A stretch of DNA of 64,000 nt, taken from Glycera tridactyla. Taxonomy: Eukaryota. Below are positions 46,931-60,830 of this stretch, one piece after another. Within the stretch, counting starts at the first letter, position 1, and each line of letters starts with the position of its first letter. Made by a program: the position numbers and the translations under genes. Location: assembly GCA_965644265.1 (NCBI GenBank), contig OZ286470.1, forward strand, positions 83,576,001 to 83,640,000. Direction: 5' to 3'. The notes beneath the pieces were generated by a model that searched no databases, had not been told where the DNA came from, and was given only the letters and a program-made list of their open reading frames with translations.

Positions 46931-49300
46931 CCCCATTCCACCGCAAAACAATGCCATTGGCAAAGTTCAATTTCAGTTGGCATAAAGGCTCAAATGTTTT
47001 TTCACACCTACGTTCTGAACAAAATATGGTGGGTAGAGCTTTGCACAGAAGACGAATAATTATTCAGAACATATATTAATGTTATGAGACCCAATATGTA
47101 TAAAGCCATCATAGGTATATCACATGATCTAAGACGAAAAAAAACATTTCAATATCCCCACATCACATTCAGTGCCAGTTGAGGCAGTCCACCAAATGAG
47201 GTTTGAATCACATAATTGGCGTTTGTCCTTGAATGCTACCGATTGATAGGAAGCAATGAATCGAAATGGGATGAGCTGCCAGACTCTTACCCAAGTGTGA
47301 TCTCTGGGTGATGATGACGATATAACTGTAAATGAGAGTACACCTAACGTCGGGGCCATTGTTCACTAGCTCTGCATTCCTCTGTCTTCTCTATCTCTGT
47401 CACATACATACCAACTCTGTCTGTCTGTCTGTCTCTTTCTTTCTCTCTCCCTGCATCTCCTATTTCTGTTACGAGCTGGAATGGATGCTTGCAATGTCCA
47501 GATATCTCTATACCTATCAATCACTTTCCATGTAACTCTCTTTCTACTCCTCCCTATTCCCTTTTCATCTCTATTCATCCTCTCTTTTTATCTTGTTTCC
47601 CTCTCAACCACTATCTCTCTTTCAACAGCTCACTCCCTCACCTTTCTTTCAGCCTTTTTTCTCCGGCCATTCCACCCTACTTTTCCCCAACCGATAATTT
47701 TGATTGCAGCTACACGCGAGTGGTGAATACATGCGGTGTCTAAATATATCAATATCGTGGGACAATCGGTGATTTTTTTTTAAAGGCTTCAACCGGGATG
47801 GGATCAGTCCAGGTACTATTGGCATGGCTTTTTTATTTTACATCATTGGTTAGACATAGTCCAGGTATTATGTGCATGGTCTTTTTCCCAAGGCTACACC
47901 ATTGACCGTGAATGAGTTTATGAATAGATAATATCAGTTTGCTATGAATACTGATCCATCCCGGGACCTGAATGCATCCGTGGCGTAGAGTAGTCAATAT
48001 ATGATAACAATGTTTCCACACAGGTAAACGTCAGTCTACATGTTGATGCAAGTGATAAACTTCCGTTACCGATGATATACCATCATCTACATGGTGCTTC
48101 GAGCCAAGTTTGCCAAAATCGAGTGTTATTATCTCGACTCCGTTCACTGAAGGCTGGGTCACTTGAGCTAGGAGTATATTGAAGTGATCCGATTCATAAT
48201 TCCCACGAGTGCAATAAAATTCAAGTTGTAGTATGCCAAAGGATCAAACTGAGGCTCAGATTATCCACATTCACACTCCAGCAAACCACACAACTATGAA
48301 AAATCCAACTCTTTCACCAGAACTTCAGAGCAGGTTCGAATGGATATTCGGATAGATGAGGGCGAAAAGAATGTTCACCACTCATCATTCAGCGGTACTT
48401 TCACAATCTCACTTGGTTCCAGACATGGAGAACTTCAAAGCGGACCCATCCCACGAGATATGCTTTCATTAGATTCATGCACACCTGTATAACACTCTCT
48501 CAGCCAGTAGTTCGTTGAACATGAAAGCCGTGTAATGAGANNNNNNNNNNNNNNNNNNNNNNNNNNNNNNNNNNNNNNNNNNNNNNNNNNNNNNNNNNNN
48601 NNNNNNNNNNNNNNNNNNNNNNNNNNNNNNNNNNNNNNNNNNNNNNNNNNNNNNNNNNNNNNNNNNNNNNNNNNNNNNNNNNNNNNNNNNNNNNNNNNNN
48701 NNNNNNNNNNNNNNNNNNNNNNNNNNNNNNNNNNNNTATTAATACCCGAGATTCGTTCATACTGAAATATAGGCCTTGTTATGGGTGTGAGAGAGTTAGC
48801 TGAAATCATGTTGATCTCTCAAAATGTAGAAGGTGCCTCAACAAGGAGGAGGCGGAAGCGTGATGAAAACGAATGCAGGCTGCTGATGCTTAACAACGGG
48901 CACTGAAAATCTGATGGGTGATAAAACGTGCAGCAGATGACAAGGTTGTATGGTGTAATCAAAGAAAAAATGCGTCAGCACAATACCACGCCTGCACCTC
49001 TCTATTTATAAGTCAGGTTAGAGTGTGTACACCGCCACTGTTAATCAGCTTCATATTTACAATTTGTGATAAGTTAATATTTGTTCATGTGAATCCATAT
49101 GAGGCATGTACAATACAGCTAGTTAGCACCAGGGGAGGCCTACCAGTTAACGACTTCTTCATCACATACACATGAACACAAGGAATGAAGAGTCAGCAGA
49201 ATAAATTCTTCACTATGTTATGACTACGCAGCACAAAACACTGAGTAAATCTCAAAGGCGAAGCACTCGCCAATCACCAGCAGTGAATTTAGTGTTTTCT

Positions 49301-49513
49301 CAACTCATACTTGAGTTAAGTGTAGTGATAATAATACAACTCATACTTGAGTTAAGTGTAGTGATAACAATTCAACTCATACTCGAGTTAAGTGTAGTGA
49401 TAACAATACAACTCATACTTGAGTTAAGTGTAGTGATAACAATACAACTCACACTTGAGTTAAGTGTAGTGATAACAATACAACTCACACTTGAGTTAAG
49501 TGTAGTGATAACA
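49301..49513. repeat. 36-bp tandem repeat, ~6 copies, with internal palindrome
   Basis: Unit CAACTCATACTTGAGTTAAGTGTAGTGATAACAATA with stem AACTCA-TACT-TGAGTT; head-to-tail with no spacers. Confidence 0.95.
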
Positions 49514-52151
49514 AACATACGTGTTATCATACATAGATGATTTACAGTAAAACGAGTTGACAATGCTGTGGAATTTTGGATGGGGAAGCATCACCACAGT
49601 GAATCCGACTGCATATGTACTAAAGATCAGAGTAATATATGATGTTGAGTTTACAGTATACTGGATAAATAGAATATCTTGCTGATACTTGGAAAATATT
49701 CAAATGTTTTCGATAACATCTGCCCTTTTTTCTTTCTCTAGAGATGGACTCACCCTTGACGTGATTTTCAAGGCTCCTTGAATGAGCAGTGAATCAGGAT
49801 TCTACACGAGATGACTGGGGCACTGAATGAAATGCTACCTTTGGCTGACAGCTATGAGAGTGATAGTACCTAGATTAAATGAATAGGGATGGTGAGGTAG
49901 AAAAAACATAAATATACAAAAATCCACGCATATTCATTTTCGCGGCACAGGTACCCTCCGAGGCAAGTAGCCAATTGAATTGACCGCCTCAGTCATACGA
50001 CACTATTCAGATTGCACTCATTAAAAAGCGCAGAATGCTTTCATTTTTGGAAAGTTATTCATTTTGTATGGCATGGTATGTGCGAATGAGATTGGTGGGC
50101 CTATCTTCATCAATCGCAGCTCATCGAAAAAATTGCGCGTATGAATTATCATGACCGATTCTCATAGCTGGATGAAGATCATCATTTTCATGATCGTCAT
50201 GTGGATAGAAAAGAGACAAGCCCCCCAACCCAAAAAATATCATCTTCCGTTTGTCAGTCTAGCCTTTATCACCTTGGTCACTTGGTTGATTGATTTATTT
50301 ATATCTCATTAATACGATAGCTCTATTTTGCTATATTGACACACCGATGCGGGATTCCCGGTTCCCCAGCCAAAGGGGAACATTATGGAAATTCATGGAT
50401 ATTCGAGTAGGCATTTTTGACGCTCTATATGAGGCGTAATCACAAAGTAAAATATCTTTGCCAATACACCATATCAACTGCAATCATTTATCTTTGTCTT
50501 TGTCCACCATCAAACTGATGTATATGGGGATTGAGTGACGCTGGTAAATATGAACACATGTATATGTCATCTTATAGTTGGTGAAGGTATCCCTGTTGAA
50601 TTGTTATTTATATCCTCGGGATTGGGCAGCTAATTTATTTATTACACATTGCTATTCGACACTGGCGACGATGTTGGGGGCACATTCCAGCAAGACAGCA
50701 ATAGCAAGAGTGTGTCAGGGTGGTGCTATGACTATGTATGGGTGTGTGTTGATAGTGTATGGTGAAAGTTGTGGCTAGTTATTCTGGGGAGGCCCCCATC
50801 CGTCTTCCTACTGGTGCTTGCAAGCCAACTGCAATATGTCCACGCATAATTTAATGTTAGCAGCATGGGAATTCTATCACGCGTGACAAATTATCCGACC
50901 AGTTCATTTGCAAGAATGTGATATGTATGCTTTATCAGAGGCTTATCCCCAGCCACGCCTTTTCTTGGGACAGAATATAAAGCAACTAAAATCCCAGGGT
51001 GACATCTTCAAAGGTTGTATATCTGGTCTCAATACGGGCATCTATTCAGGACCTCCCTAGATAACCTGTTTTTCATGTATTTTTATTCATCGGGTTGTGT
51101 ATGTATTCGGATCATATCATTCATCGGTACCAATATTTGACAGAGGTTCTGAGGAACTTGATCATACACTCACTCATAATCAACCCCACCCACTCGATTA
51201 TCAACAGTAATCACTCACAAACGCGAAATCACATGCACACACAAAAATATAGGTTTTCTCCTGAACGAAACCATTGAACACACGAGCATTGATAATAACG
51301 GAAACAACGACCAAATCATTTTCAGCAACAATGATAACAATTCTGAAAACGGTAATATTGAATATCATACTTATAATTAGAATGATAGTCATGGTGGTGT
51401 AGAGAGTGATGCTATTGATGGAATCGAAACGGATGATGGAAATAATGATGATCATGATGATGAAATCACTACTTCCGGTGATGTTGATGCCTCTTATGAT
51501 GATAATGATAGCCAATGCCAATGAGATGATAGTAACATTCAATATTTTCACCATCATTCATTTCATTATTCTCATTGTCAATGTTATAATCAACATTGTT
51601 ATCATCGGTATATACTTCATTCTCCTCATCATTGAGTTTGCTGCCACATTTAAAATTATGTAATCTGACAATCCGACCCCGCTTATATTACGGGAAATAT
51701 ACCACAAAGTCGATAGCTGCCACTGGACATGACTGTCATGATGTGATATCATACAATTTTCCCAATCGTCGCTATGAGTTCAAAGCGACTAGTTTTGATT
51801 GCATGCCTGCAATATGACTGGTTTTAAGACATCACTAAAAAAGGGTGAAGTCAACGTGAATTTTTGTTCACGAAGACTGAAAGCAGGCAGCCATTCATCA
51901 TCTAGTTTTGAAGGCTGCTGGTGCTCTATCATGGGGAGACTCTGAAAAGAGAAAGACAAGCACCGAAGTGGTGCTGAAGGCACGTTTGTCCCTACAGAAG
52001 ACAGCAAGGCCACGTTGATATATTAGCGCACTTGTAAAAGCTTCGTCGTCGTACAGCGTGATAAGGCACGGTGATAGCCAATCATCCAACTGTACTACAG
52101 AAACACTCCTCCATAAACACAGTCATGCATACCCCACATACACAAACATGG

Positions 52152-52152
<1 letters not shown>

Positions 52153-52219
<67 letters not shown>
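52153..52219. repeat. (CA)n microsatellite
   Basis: Direct reading; a further (CA)n tract lies at ~60424-60479. Confidence 0.96.
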
Positions 52220-52221
<2 letters not shown>

Positions 52222-53529
52222 ATAGATACATTAGCCAGAAAGAATGATAAATAGAACCCAGAATGAAAAAGTGGACCTGAAGATGATTGAACTATTGAAT
52301 AGAATATAGATGAATCAATGAAATGAATCGAATGAAAAATTAAGGAATGAATAGATGATTGATAATGAATAGATTTTTCCGTGAGAAAAGGGAACAGATT
52401 GTTGAATAGATATAGGAAAAAATATACAAATGAACAGGTAATGAAATAGATCAAGCAATTGATCAAGCATTGAACTCTTTAAATCAGCCATCTATCTACA
52501 TGATGTTTCCTCAGAGATGTACACATGAATAAACATGAATTATAGAATATATAAATGAATGGGCACTTCGATAAACGATAAGGAGATGATTACTCACTGA
52601 ATAATTGCGAGATGAGGTCATTCATCAGACTCACCACTGATGGAAAAATGGAGGGAAGACAAATTCGATTAGGTATTGAAGATGCGATGTGTCCTGAGCA
52701 CACTATCAATGCCAGTCCTCTGGTTTATATCTACTTCACTAATCAATTTCGTTTGAGCATCCTCTCTTCTTCTCTTCCCAGTCATTCAAGTGTCCTCTAG
52801 ATGTCACCGATAAAGTGTGAGCCCTACTGTGCTCAATTTTNNNNNNNNNNNNNNNNNNNNNNNNNNNNNNNNNNNNNNNNNNNNNNNNNNNNNNNNNNNN
52901 NNNNNNNNNNNNNNNNNNNNNNNNNNNNNNNNNNNNNNNNNNNNNNNNNNNNNNNNNNNNNNNNNNNNNNNNNNNNNNNNNNNNNNNNNNNNNNNNNNNN
53001 NNNNNNNNNNNNNNNNNNNNNACCATCACCATCATCATTTTCATATTCATCTCCAACAGCATCCTCGCCGACATATGCTACTAGCCAATTTATTCTTATT
53101 CACACTCCCGTTATTTGTTAACAATGTTTATGCTATTGACATCAATGACATACTCATGCCATCGCATATACATACAGAACATTCGGAACTACTGCAAACA
53201 TACACTATCTATAGCATGCTGGATACACATTGCAATAAAGTGTGTCTTACCTACACTATTCCTCAGTGTGGCATCATAAATGGTATGCTTAGCCTCTGAT
53301 ATCAGAGCGTACTTCCTGGTATATCCGGTGTGGCAATGGCACAGTGTTGTGAGATGGGCGGGTCAGTGGGGGAGTGTGTGAGTGAGTGGGGCCATATGGT
53401 ACACACTCGTCTTGCCACGAGTGGAAACTCTTTGACTAATTGACTACTCGAGTGAATAATGGTCGCTACTGCTCCCCCTCCCCTTCACATACCCACGTAC
53501 GAGGAGGAAAGGCACATTGCTGCCCACCT

Positions 53530-53790
53530 TTCCTTCTCACTTTCCCTCCCTCTCTTTCTCTCTATATCATTCTTAATCTCGCAATCTCTCTCTCCCTCTC
53601 TCGCAATATCTCTGCCCCCCTCTCTGCTCTCTCTATATGCCCCCCCTCTCTCTCTCTCTCTCACTCACTCACTCTCTCTCTCTCTTTCTCACTCTTTCTC
53701 TCTGTCTATCTCTCTCTCTATTCCATCCATTCTCTCTCTCACACTCTCTGTGTTTCACTCTCTGCTTCTCTCATTGCCTCTCTCCCGGTC
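53530..53790. repeat. (CT)n-rich low-complexity tract
   Basis: Direct reading. Confidence 0.93.
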
Positions 53791-54789
53791 CTAGCCTGTT
53801 TATCTATTGCGCAACCCCTCACAAAATAGGTGGAAAGAACAAGATACAAAATATATTATAATGTATCATGAACTGCATGATGCGGGACGATTTATTCAAG
53901 TATGAATTGCATGCATGCTGACCGAGTGCATTTTGATCAAGGCGGCTTGATTGGTTGCCCACTGTTGTCCTCCATAGAGGATGTGATACAGTCAATGATA
54001 TATCACATTTCTTGAGCATTGCCTGTCCGATATAACTCAGTGTTCCTCAAAGGACGTTAGACCCAGGCAAACTAACAAACCAACAATCTCTTTTCACTTC
54101 TCTCCCCTCTGTACGTTACACATTGACAATACCTAATCTTTCATCAGAGTGAAAAGAACTCAATAAATTCATAAATTATGACAATTGCCGATAAACCCAA
54201 TGTGATTGGTTCATGTGATAGTTTAGCCTGGCTAAGCGGTAGAAGAGTGGAACGGACATGAATGTTGGAGCAAGAATTATCCACATGTTTTTTCAGCAGA
54301 ACCAGCAGACGCAGGAACTAGAGCAAAAACAGGAAGGGCGAGTGGGACAAGGAAAAGAAGGATGTCGCACGTGAAGTGTATCAAGCGTGTAGATAAACAG
54401 ATAGAGAAGGGAGAGTGGGGGAAGTTAAGAAAGTAGAATGGGGATATTCAATTGCAGAGATGAAGTTTACAGCGGCGAAAAAAAAATCATGAAGAGATGA
54501 TGCACCCTGTGCTACAATGTGCGGCAATCAAAAATCAAAAGTAGCACTACCGTGCTTCGTTTCTGAACTTCAGCAGGTGGAGGATTGGTTTGTATCAAGC
54601 TGACACATACAACTGTGAATCTAGATTGCCTTTCAAAACATGACAGATTTGTCTTATCCTTCCTGTCAGATTCTGACAGAGCCTGGGTCATGTCCGTGTC
54701 TCCCATTCAATATCAGCTGTCCTTGATTGACATGCAGGCTCTGAACTATTGAGCCACTAGTCTTCCACTTGAGCTATGGGATAAGATAC

Positions 54790-55350
54790 TTTCATTATAA
54801 AGACAGCTACACTTGACTGTCTGGCTCCGGTCTGTGATGGTTGAACTGTATTGGTTTATGTTTCACTCGGAGGTGGAAATCCGAGATTTAACAGTTTCAC
54901 TTATCACTTATCATTCTTTCAGAGAAAGATGGTTCTTTTAGGAACATTCCGTCTTGAAAAGAGCTTCATTGATTGTCTGGCTCTATTCTGCGACAGTTGA
55001 ACTTCACTGGTTCATGTTTCATTTGGGAGTGAAAATTAAAGATTTATCAATATCACCTATCGCACTACCAGAAGAATGTTGTTCTCTTGACCTTCCACTA
55101 TGAAGATACCTGCAATTGACTTTTTGTCTCAATTCTGCGATGGTTGAACTATATTGCATGATGTTTCACTGGGAGGTGGAGATCCGAGATTCAACAATTC
55201 TACTGATCATACTACCAGAGAAGGACAGTTTTAAAGAGAACCACTTATCATAAAGACAGCTGCAATCAACTGTCTGGCTCCATTCTGCGAAGGTTGAACG
55301 TTATTGTCCATGTTTCACTCCGGGTGAAAATTCGAGATTCATCGAACTCA
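54790..55350. repeat. Degenerate ~150-bp tandem repeat, 4 copies
   Basis: The anchor motif (C/T)TGTCTGGCTC...GTTGAAC...TGTTTCA recurs at 54817, 54973, 55120 and 55270. Confidence 0.85.
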
Positions 55351-57034
55351 CTGATTACAATCAGGGAGTAATGTTGTCCTCTAGGGCAATTGGTACTCGC
55401 CCTGACTTCTTATCGAAATCGCAGGTGTTGGACTACACGAACATCACCATCATTGATGTGACCATACAGGCTGATCAGTAGGTGATAACTATCTAGATGA
55501 AGGAATGGCTCTTAGAGATGTATCACCTAGTGGATCACTGCCGTTACCATTCTCGAGGGCCAGAGGTCAAAATACCAAACTACCCGACATAGGAGGGTGA
55601 GATCACATGTTGCAGGACGCCAGATCTCTCGGAATGTCAAAGATGCTCATATTTTCAACGGATACCTCAGTGCATCTTTCACAAAAATATGATTTTGTTG
55701 GTATACAACATTGGAGGGTCAAATTATCAGATATATCTCCCTTTCAACAAGATATGATGGATAGATGAGTGTGGTTTATCGTAACACGATTATCCTTCAA
55801 GTTCACAATATCGTAATAACGTCGCTGAAGATTCTAATCATACTTGTGCAGGATTCTGTTGACAAAGTCATAGTATCGCCGTTCATGCACCTGTTGACTC
55901 CACAGATAGGCTTTTGTCGGGAATGTCTGTTGAGGATTACCACTGTGGGAATCCATGATATGCTGGGTTGTTTTGATTGTTAGTGGTTCTGGATCTCTTG
56001 AGCATAATCTGGGATACGTTCAGTCGCCTTCGTGACTGACATGCGTAGATTTATCCAATGCCCCCCCCCCCCCCATACACAGGAGAAGCTTTCAATGTTT
56101 ACTAACCAATACGAATTAATTTTTATGTGTGTACATTCATCCAAGTCCACTCCTTTATCTACTAGATAAAATCATTTTATGAGGAAATACCCATCATAAA
56201 GTGGAATCTGTCTATATGGTTGAGCCAGTACACAGCGTTCGATTGGCATCCCATCCAGAAGATCGCAACAAGTTTTGATCGATGTGATGATACTAAGTGA
56301 CACCTATGCCCTCTAGCGTCCAACCGGCACATATATTTGCATCAAGATAGCATACAGATGTCGCTACCGTCGATATATGCAAATCCACTCGCAGGCTCGT
56401 TGGTAGAATGTTGGTATGGCGCAGCTCATTGGTCCACATAAAGTGCTGCCATCACATGTAGCGGAAATTGATGTATGCTAGGGTGGCATGCTTTCCACGA
56501 ATTCCTGCAAACCTATGCCATGCTGACATTAGGCCAGCCAGAATCAAGACCGGACTCCTTTTTTCACATATGCGTACGTGCACTCACATATGATACAAGT
56601 GCTCCAAATCGTCACATATATCTCATCTAACCATATTAATTAGGAACACCTACATAACAATAACTTATCAGTGAAAAGGTCCCCTGTCGCATATGGAGAT
56701 AAATCGGTGTAATTTGCTGCAATACTAAACTGTTAGCTCTCACTGCTTTCTGTGATGACCCAGTGAACCTATCATTCAAGTGATGGAGGTGGTCTCAGTC
56801 ACGACAGTTCCAGGAGTGAGATTATTGCTGATTGATAGTATCCATAAAAGTTGGCGCCAGAATATATTTCATTTGAACGAATGCCACCACAATTTTGAGG
56901 ACCTGTTTCAAATCCGATGGTCAGCAGTTTAGCGAAGCTTTGCGGCATGTTTTCTTTTTCTATTGTTAATGTTAAATCTATTATCACTCCCAAGTATATC
57001 ACTCACTTTGAAGGCTCGATCTCTGCTTCTCAAA

Positions 57035-57345
57035 GGGGAGCTGCGTGGTGTAGTGGTAGCGTTTTCACACTTGACTCAACTGTAGAACAGCTGCGACAGC
57101 AGCTAGTCATGGGATGGGTGACCATGGCAGGGTGTGAGGATGTAGTGAGTACCTGTATGGGCGGACCATACACTACACTAATAGTCACAGACTACACAAG
57201 TGGTTCGGGCCACCCAGTGTTGAGCTCAAAACATGGAGAGAGGCATGAGCTCAACACTACCAAGGCTGAGTGATGGCGTGAGCACCTATCTAGGATCTGA
57301 AAACAATGGTCCCAGGTTATCGGTGGCGCTATAATAAGTGACTAC
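57035..57345 (+). mobile_element. SINE-like element with Pol III A-box and 5S-like internal segment
   Basis: TGGTGTAGTGG at 57046-57056; GCTAGTCATGGGATGGGTGACC at 57102-57123 resembles 5S rRNA GGTTAGTACTTGGATGGGAGACC; the 3' end GGCGCTATAATAAG is typical of L2-partnered SINE tails. Confidence 0.55.
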
Positions 57346-57349
57346 AAAA

Positions 57350-57510
57350 ACTGGCAACAACAATACTCCTCCTCAGCATACACACTCAGACAGGCACAAG
57401 AGAGGAGGTTCAAATTCAACCACAGGCAGAGGGTTGCACCTTGCCAAGATTAGACCTGTCACCCATGAATAGCTATCAGCAGCACTTGGCTGAGATCAGT
57501 CAAAACAGTC
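57350..57510 (+). mobile_element. SINE-like fragment homologous to 8312-8450
   Basis: Colinear similarity with the minus strand of 8312-8450; ends CAGTCAAAACAGTCAACAAAAC. Confidence 0.5.
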
Positions 57511-57941
57511 AACAAAACCGAATCAATTCTATGTCCATGGTGCATGTAATTCTGCATTCGCTTTTGACCCCACTAAANNNNNNNNNNNNNNNNNNNNNNN
57601 NNNNNNNNNNNNNNNNNNNNNNNNNNNNNNNNNNNNNNNNNNNNNNNNNNNNNNNNNNNNNNNNNNNNNNNNNNNNNNNNNNNNNNNNNNNNNNNNNNNN
57701 NNNNNNNNNNNNNNNNNNNNNNNNNNNNNNNNNNNNNNNNNNNNNNNNNNNNNNNNNNNNNNNNNNNNNNNNNNNNNNNNNNNNNNNNNNNNNNNNNNNN
57801 NNNNNNNNNNNNNNNNNNNNNNNNNNNNNNNNNNNNNNNNNNNNNNNNNNNNNNNNNNNNNNNNNNNNNNNNNNNNNNNNNNNNNNNNNNNNNNNNNNNN
57901 NNNNNNNNNNNNNNNNNNNNNNNNNNNNNNNNNNNNNNNNN

Positions 57942-58060
57942 TCCCGTCGAAACCTTGGACTAGCATCTGCTGTTGAAGCGGATATGCCAGTGTATCAAGT
58001 GGAGATCAGAGAGTGATTAGGATGGAGGGATGCAGGAGGTGGTTACCACTTGACGCTGAG
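57942..58060 (+). mobile_element. Possible decayed RTE LINE 3' end next to a gap
   Basis: RRNLGLASAVEA...IRE*LGW resembles LKRDAGVSTTDEL...DRKDW at 59.1 kb. Confidence 0.3.
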
Positions 58061-58939
58061 GTGATGGATGAGTGTTGAATGTATTCAGTCGGAGTCTGAT
58101 GGCTCTCTTGAATTCGTTGTCAACCAATTATCCGCCTGTCAGAGAATTAGCACATCTCCGATCATCACTCATCCCAGCTGTCTTTTGCCCCCTCCCCTAT
58201 TTCAGCTGGCCAATTCCTTTAGCACTCTTCACACACATCTACATGCGCATTCTTCTGGCAATGCATATTTGAGAATGCACACATATACGAGCACACCGAT
58301 ACATGAAGATATCGATTCAATAAAGTTACTCAACTTCAAAATTGGACAGCATTGTCAACATTGCTGAGCCAGGTTACAGCTCAGATGGGTGACCGAAATA
58401 TACAAGGTTGAAGAATACTGGACCTTCATCATCACCAATCTCTGAAGGATGCCTGCCACTCACGGAGGAAGCAGATAGATTTATTCTCTATATACTACAA
58501 TTTCCCCCAGCGTTGGTGTGGATGGTACTCGACTGACGCGAGACCATTCTGTTCTTTCTGGTCCTGTAGAACCCGGAGAAATAAGGAATGTTCATGGATT
58601 GACATACATTCCATGAAATTCAATTAAATGTCGGGATAACACCACATTTACAGTTTATACATATCAAAGAACATACTCACAATCGAACACATACAAATAT
58701 AACCATGCACATGCCAACAAACCTGTCCCCTTATACATATACAACCCCATTCATTTGCCGATCTGGATCTTAGTTGCGATATGCATGGACATCAGATTCA
58801 TGAGATGCGCAATTTTTTTGTGTTCAAATATCGGGTTTCAATGGCAATTTGGGCCCACGAACTTCGGATACGGTAGCGTTGCCAGCAACATCTAGCTGGC
58901 ACCCTTTGCCGCTTGTAGATGTCACTGGGAAGACTCAGC

Positions 58940-59220
58940 CAACAGCTAGGAGTCAAGCGGGACATTGCACTCGACACATGGAGCTTCCAGCAGCACCCCT
59001 GATTCTTTGGAAACTAGTAGAGGGTAAACCTAAGAGGGGCAGGAGGAGGACCAACTATGTTGACGTTCTGAAGAGAGATGCCGGAGTGTCTACGACGGAT
59101 GAGCTGCGCACATGCATGATGGATAGGAAGGACTGGAAAGCAAGACATTGTTTGACCTGTACTACTGGAGGATCTGCCACAACAGAACTGCCCCCAGACA
59201 CGACATGATGATGAGGAGGA
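58940..59220 (+). mobile_element. 5'-truncated RTE-clade LINE, C-terminal coding remnant
   Basis: AGHCTRHMELPAAPLILWKLVEGKPKRGRRRTNYVDVLKRDAGVSTTDELRTCMMDRKDWK matches the RTE C-terminal pattern (AGHC.RH...LW.P..G...RGR...Y.D.L..D......M.DR..W); ends in a TGATGATGA tail. Confidence 0.85.
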
Positions 59221-60436
59221 GTCAAGCCCCGGCAATGTATCCCTCCTATCACATGTCCGCGACCCAATGAAGCCCTGGAGTTGTGTTTTTGTAATGGTGA
59301 ACTAGCATATACGAATCGACTCATACCTTGAAAGAATGGGGTTTGTTGGTGAGATGAGTGGCCCATTTTTGTGGATTTCTCATATGCTGGAGACATGTCC
59401 GCCCCCCCCCCGTGACAAGTCATCCCTGTTCTTACTAGGGGCTAGGCTCTATTTAACCTGGCTTTGTTCTTGACAGGGTTCGAATCAGAGAACAATTCAC
59501 ATTTCAACCCATTGTAGACGTTTGGATTTGTAGACGTTTGGATCTACAGTATTTCAATGCAGCTTTCGGGTATAAACTAACGACTCGATCAATTGCAGTA
59601 AATTTCCTCATGTAAATTTCACACCTATTTGATCGAAATAGGGTCGAACACACCACTTCCGCAAGGGCTAGACAATAGGAACAACAACAAACGAGAAACG
59701 GTGTGAACACCAAAGTCGGCGGTAGAGAATACTATTACAACACCAGACCTTGAGACGGCCATGACCACCCACGACGGATCACACTCCTGGGGATATATGA
59801 CTCATGGGGAAAGCGATGGATGGTATTTTCTGGGCCTGGAGTCTGGTTGATTGTCCTCTAGATGGAGCCTCGAAAATGAGAAAGTAAGACGACACGCTAC
59901 GATCATTGCTTCGGAAAAGGATGGAATTTTGGAAGAATATTCCAGTGACTGCTCGTGAATGAGGAATGGACGCACAATTCATCTGTCATCATATGGAATA
60001 GAACATAAATTATTCATTCACGCATTTAGAGAGTTGTTGATTTTGAGATTGGATGAATGAGTGTGAATGCATTTCCGCCATTTGTTTTGTCTGGAGGGAG
60101 TAAAATCACGGCAGAAAGAGCAATAGTCCTGACCTTCCACGCATATACCAATCAGCCTCCCAGCCTTCATCTTCTTCCAGGATGACTGAGCCTGGCTAGG
60201 GCCTACATCACTATACTTCATCAACAGTTAGAGCATCCTACTCCATATTGTTAGGGTTTCTGTGTGTTATTGTGAACATTTGAATCCTAGTGAATAGGCT
60301 CATGTTGATCAGCATCCCGTTGCTGAAGGCGAAAGCTTTGACATGGCGAATGGCTGGCGATTGATTGGCGAATTGTCGAGATTTGTCACTTTCATTTAGA
60401 TGTTGACCTAAGCATTCTAACGGGACACACACACAA

Positions 60437-60482
<46 letters not shown>

Positions 60483-60830
60483 CATACACAGACACAAACA
60501 CAACGCATGTCTCAGCAGCCACAGTAAAGAGCATTCGCAGGCACCTATTTTATTCTTTCACTCTCCGGCGCCTCAGCTATCTGAATGAATGGATCAATTA
60601 ATCAATCAATCAATCAATAGAAAATAATCGAATGAATGATTAAGTGAAAATATCATTCCGTGATTATTCAATTCATTGACTATTCGGTGTTTTCATTAAT
60701 CCATCAATTAATAAAAATCGAATCCATATGATTGAATACAGAACAAATGAATCGAGCATGAAACAAGAAATTGTTATAGAAATATGTGTGCGATGATGCT
60801 AGTGCGTGAATCACTCGATGGGTGAGTGAA

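Noticed and set aside
49301-49513. CRISPR array (36-bp palindromic repeats)
   Set aside because: Units are head-to-tail with no unique spacers, there are no cas genes and the context is eukaryotic.
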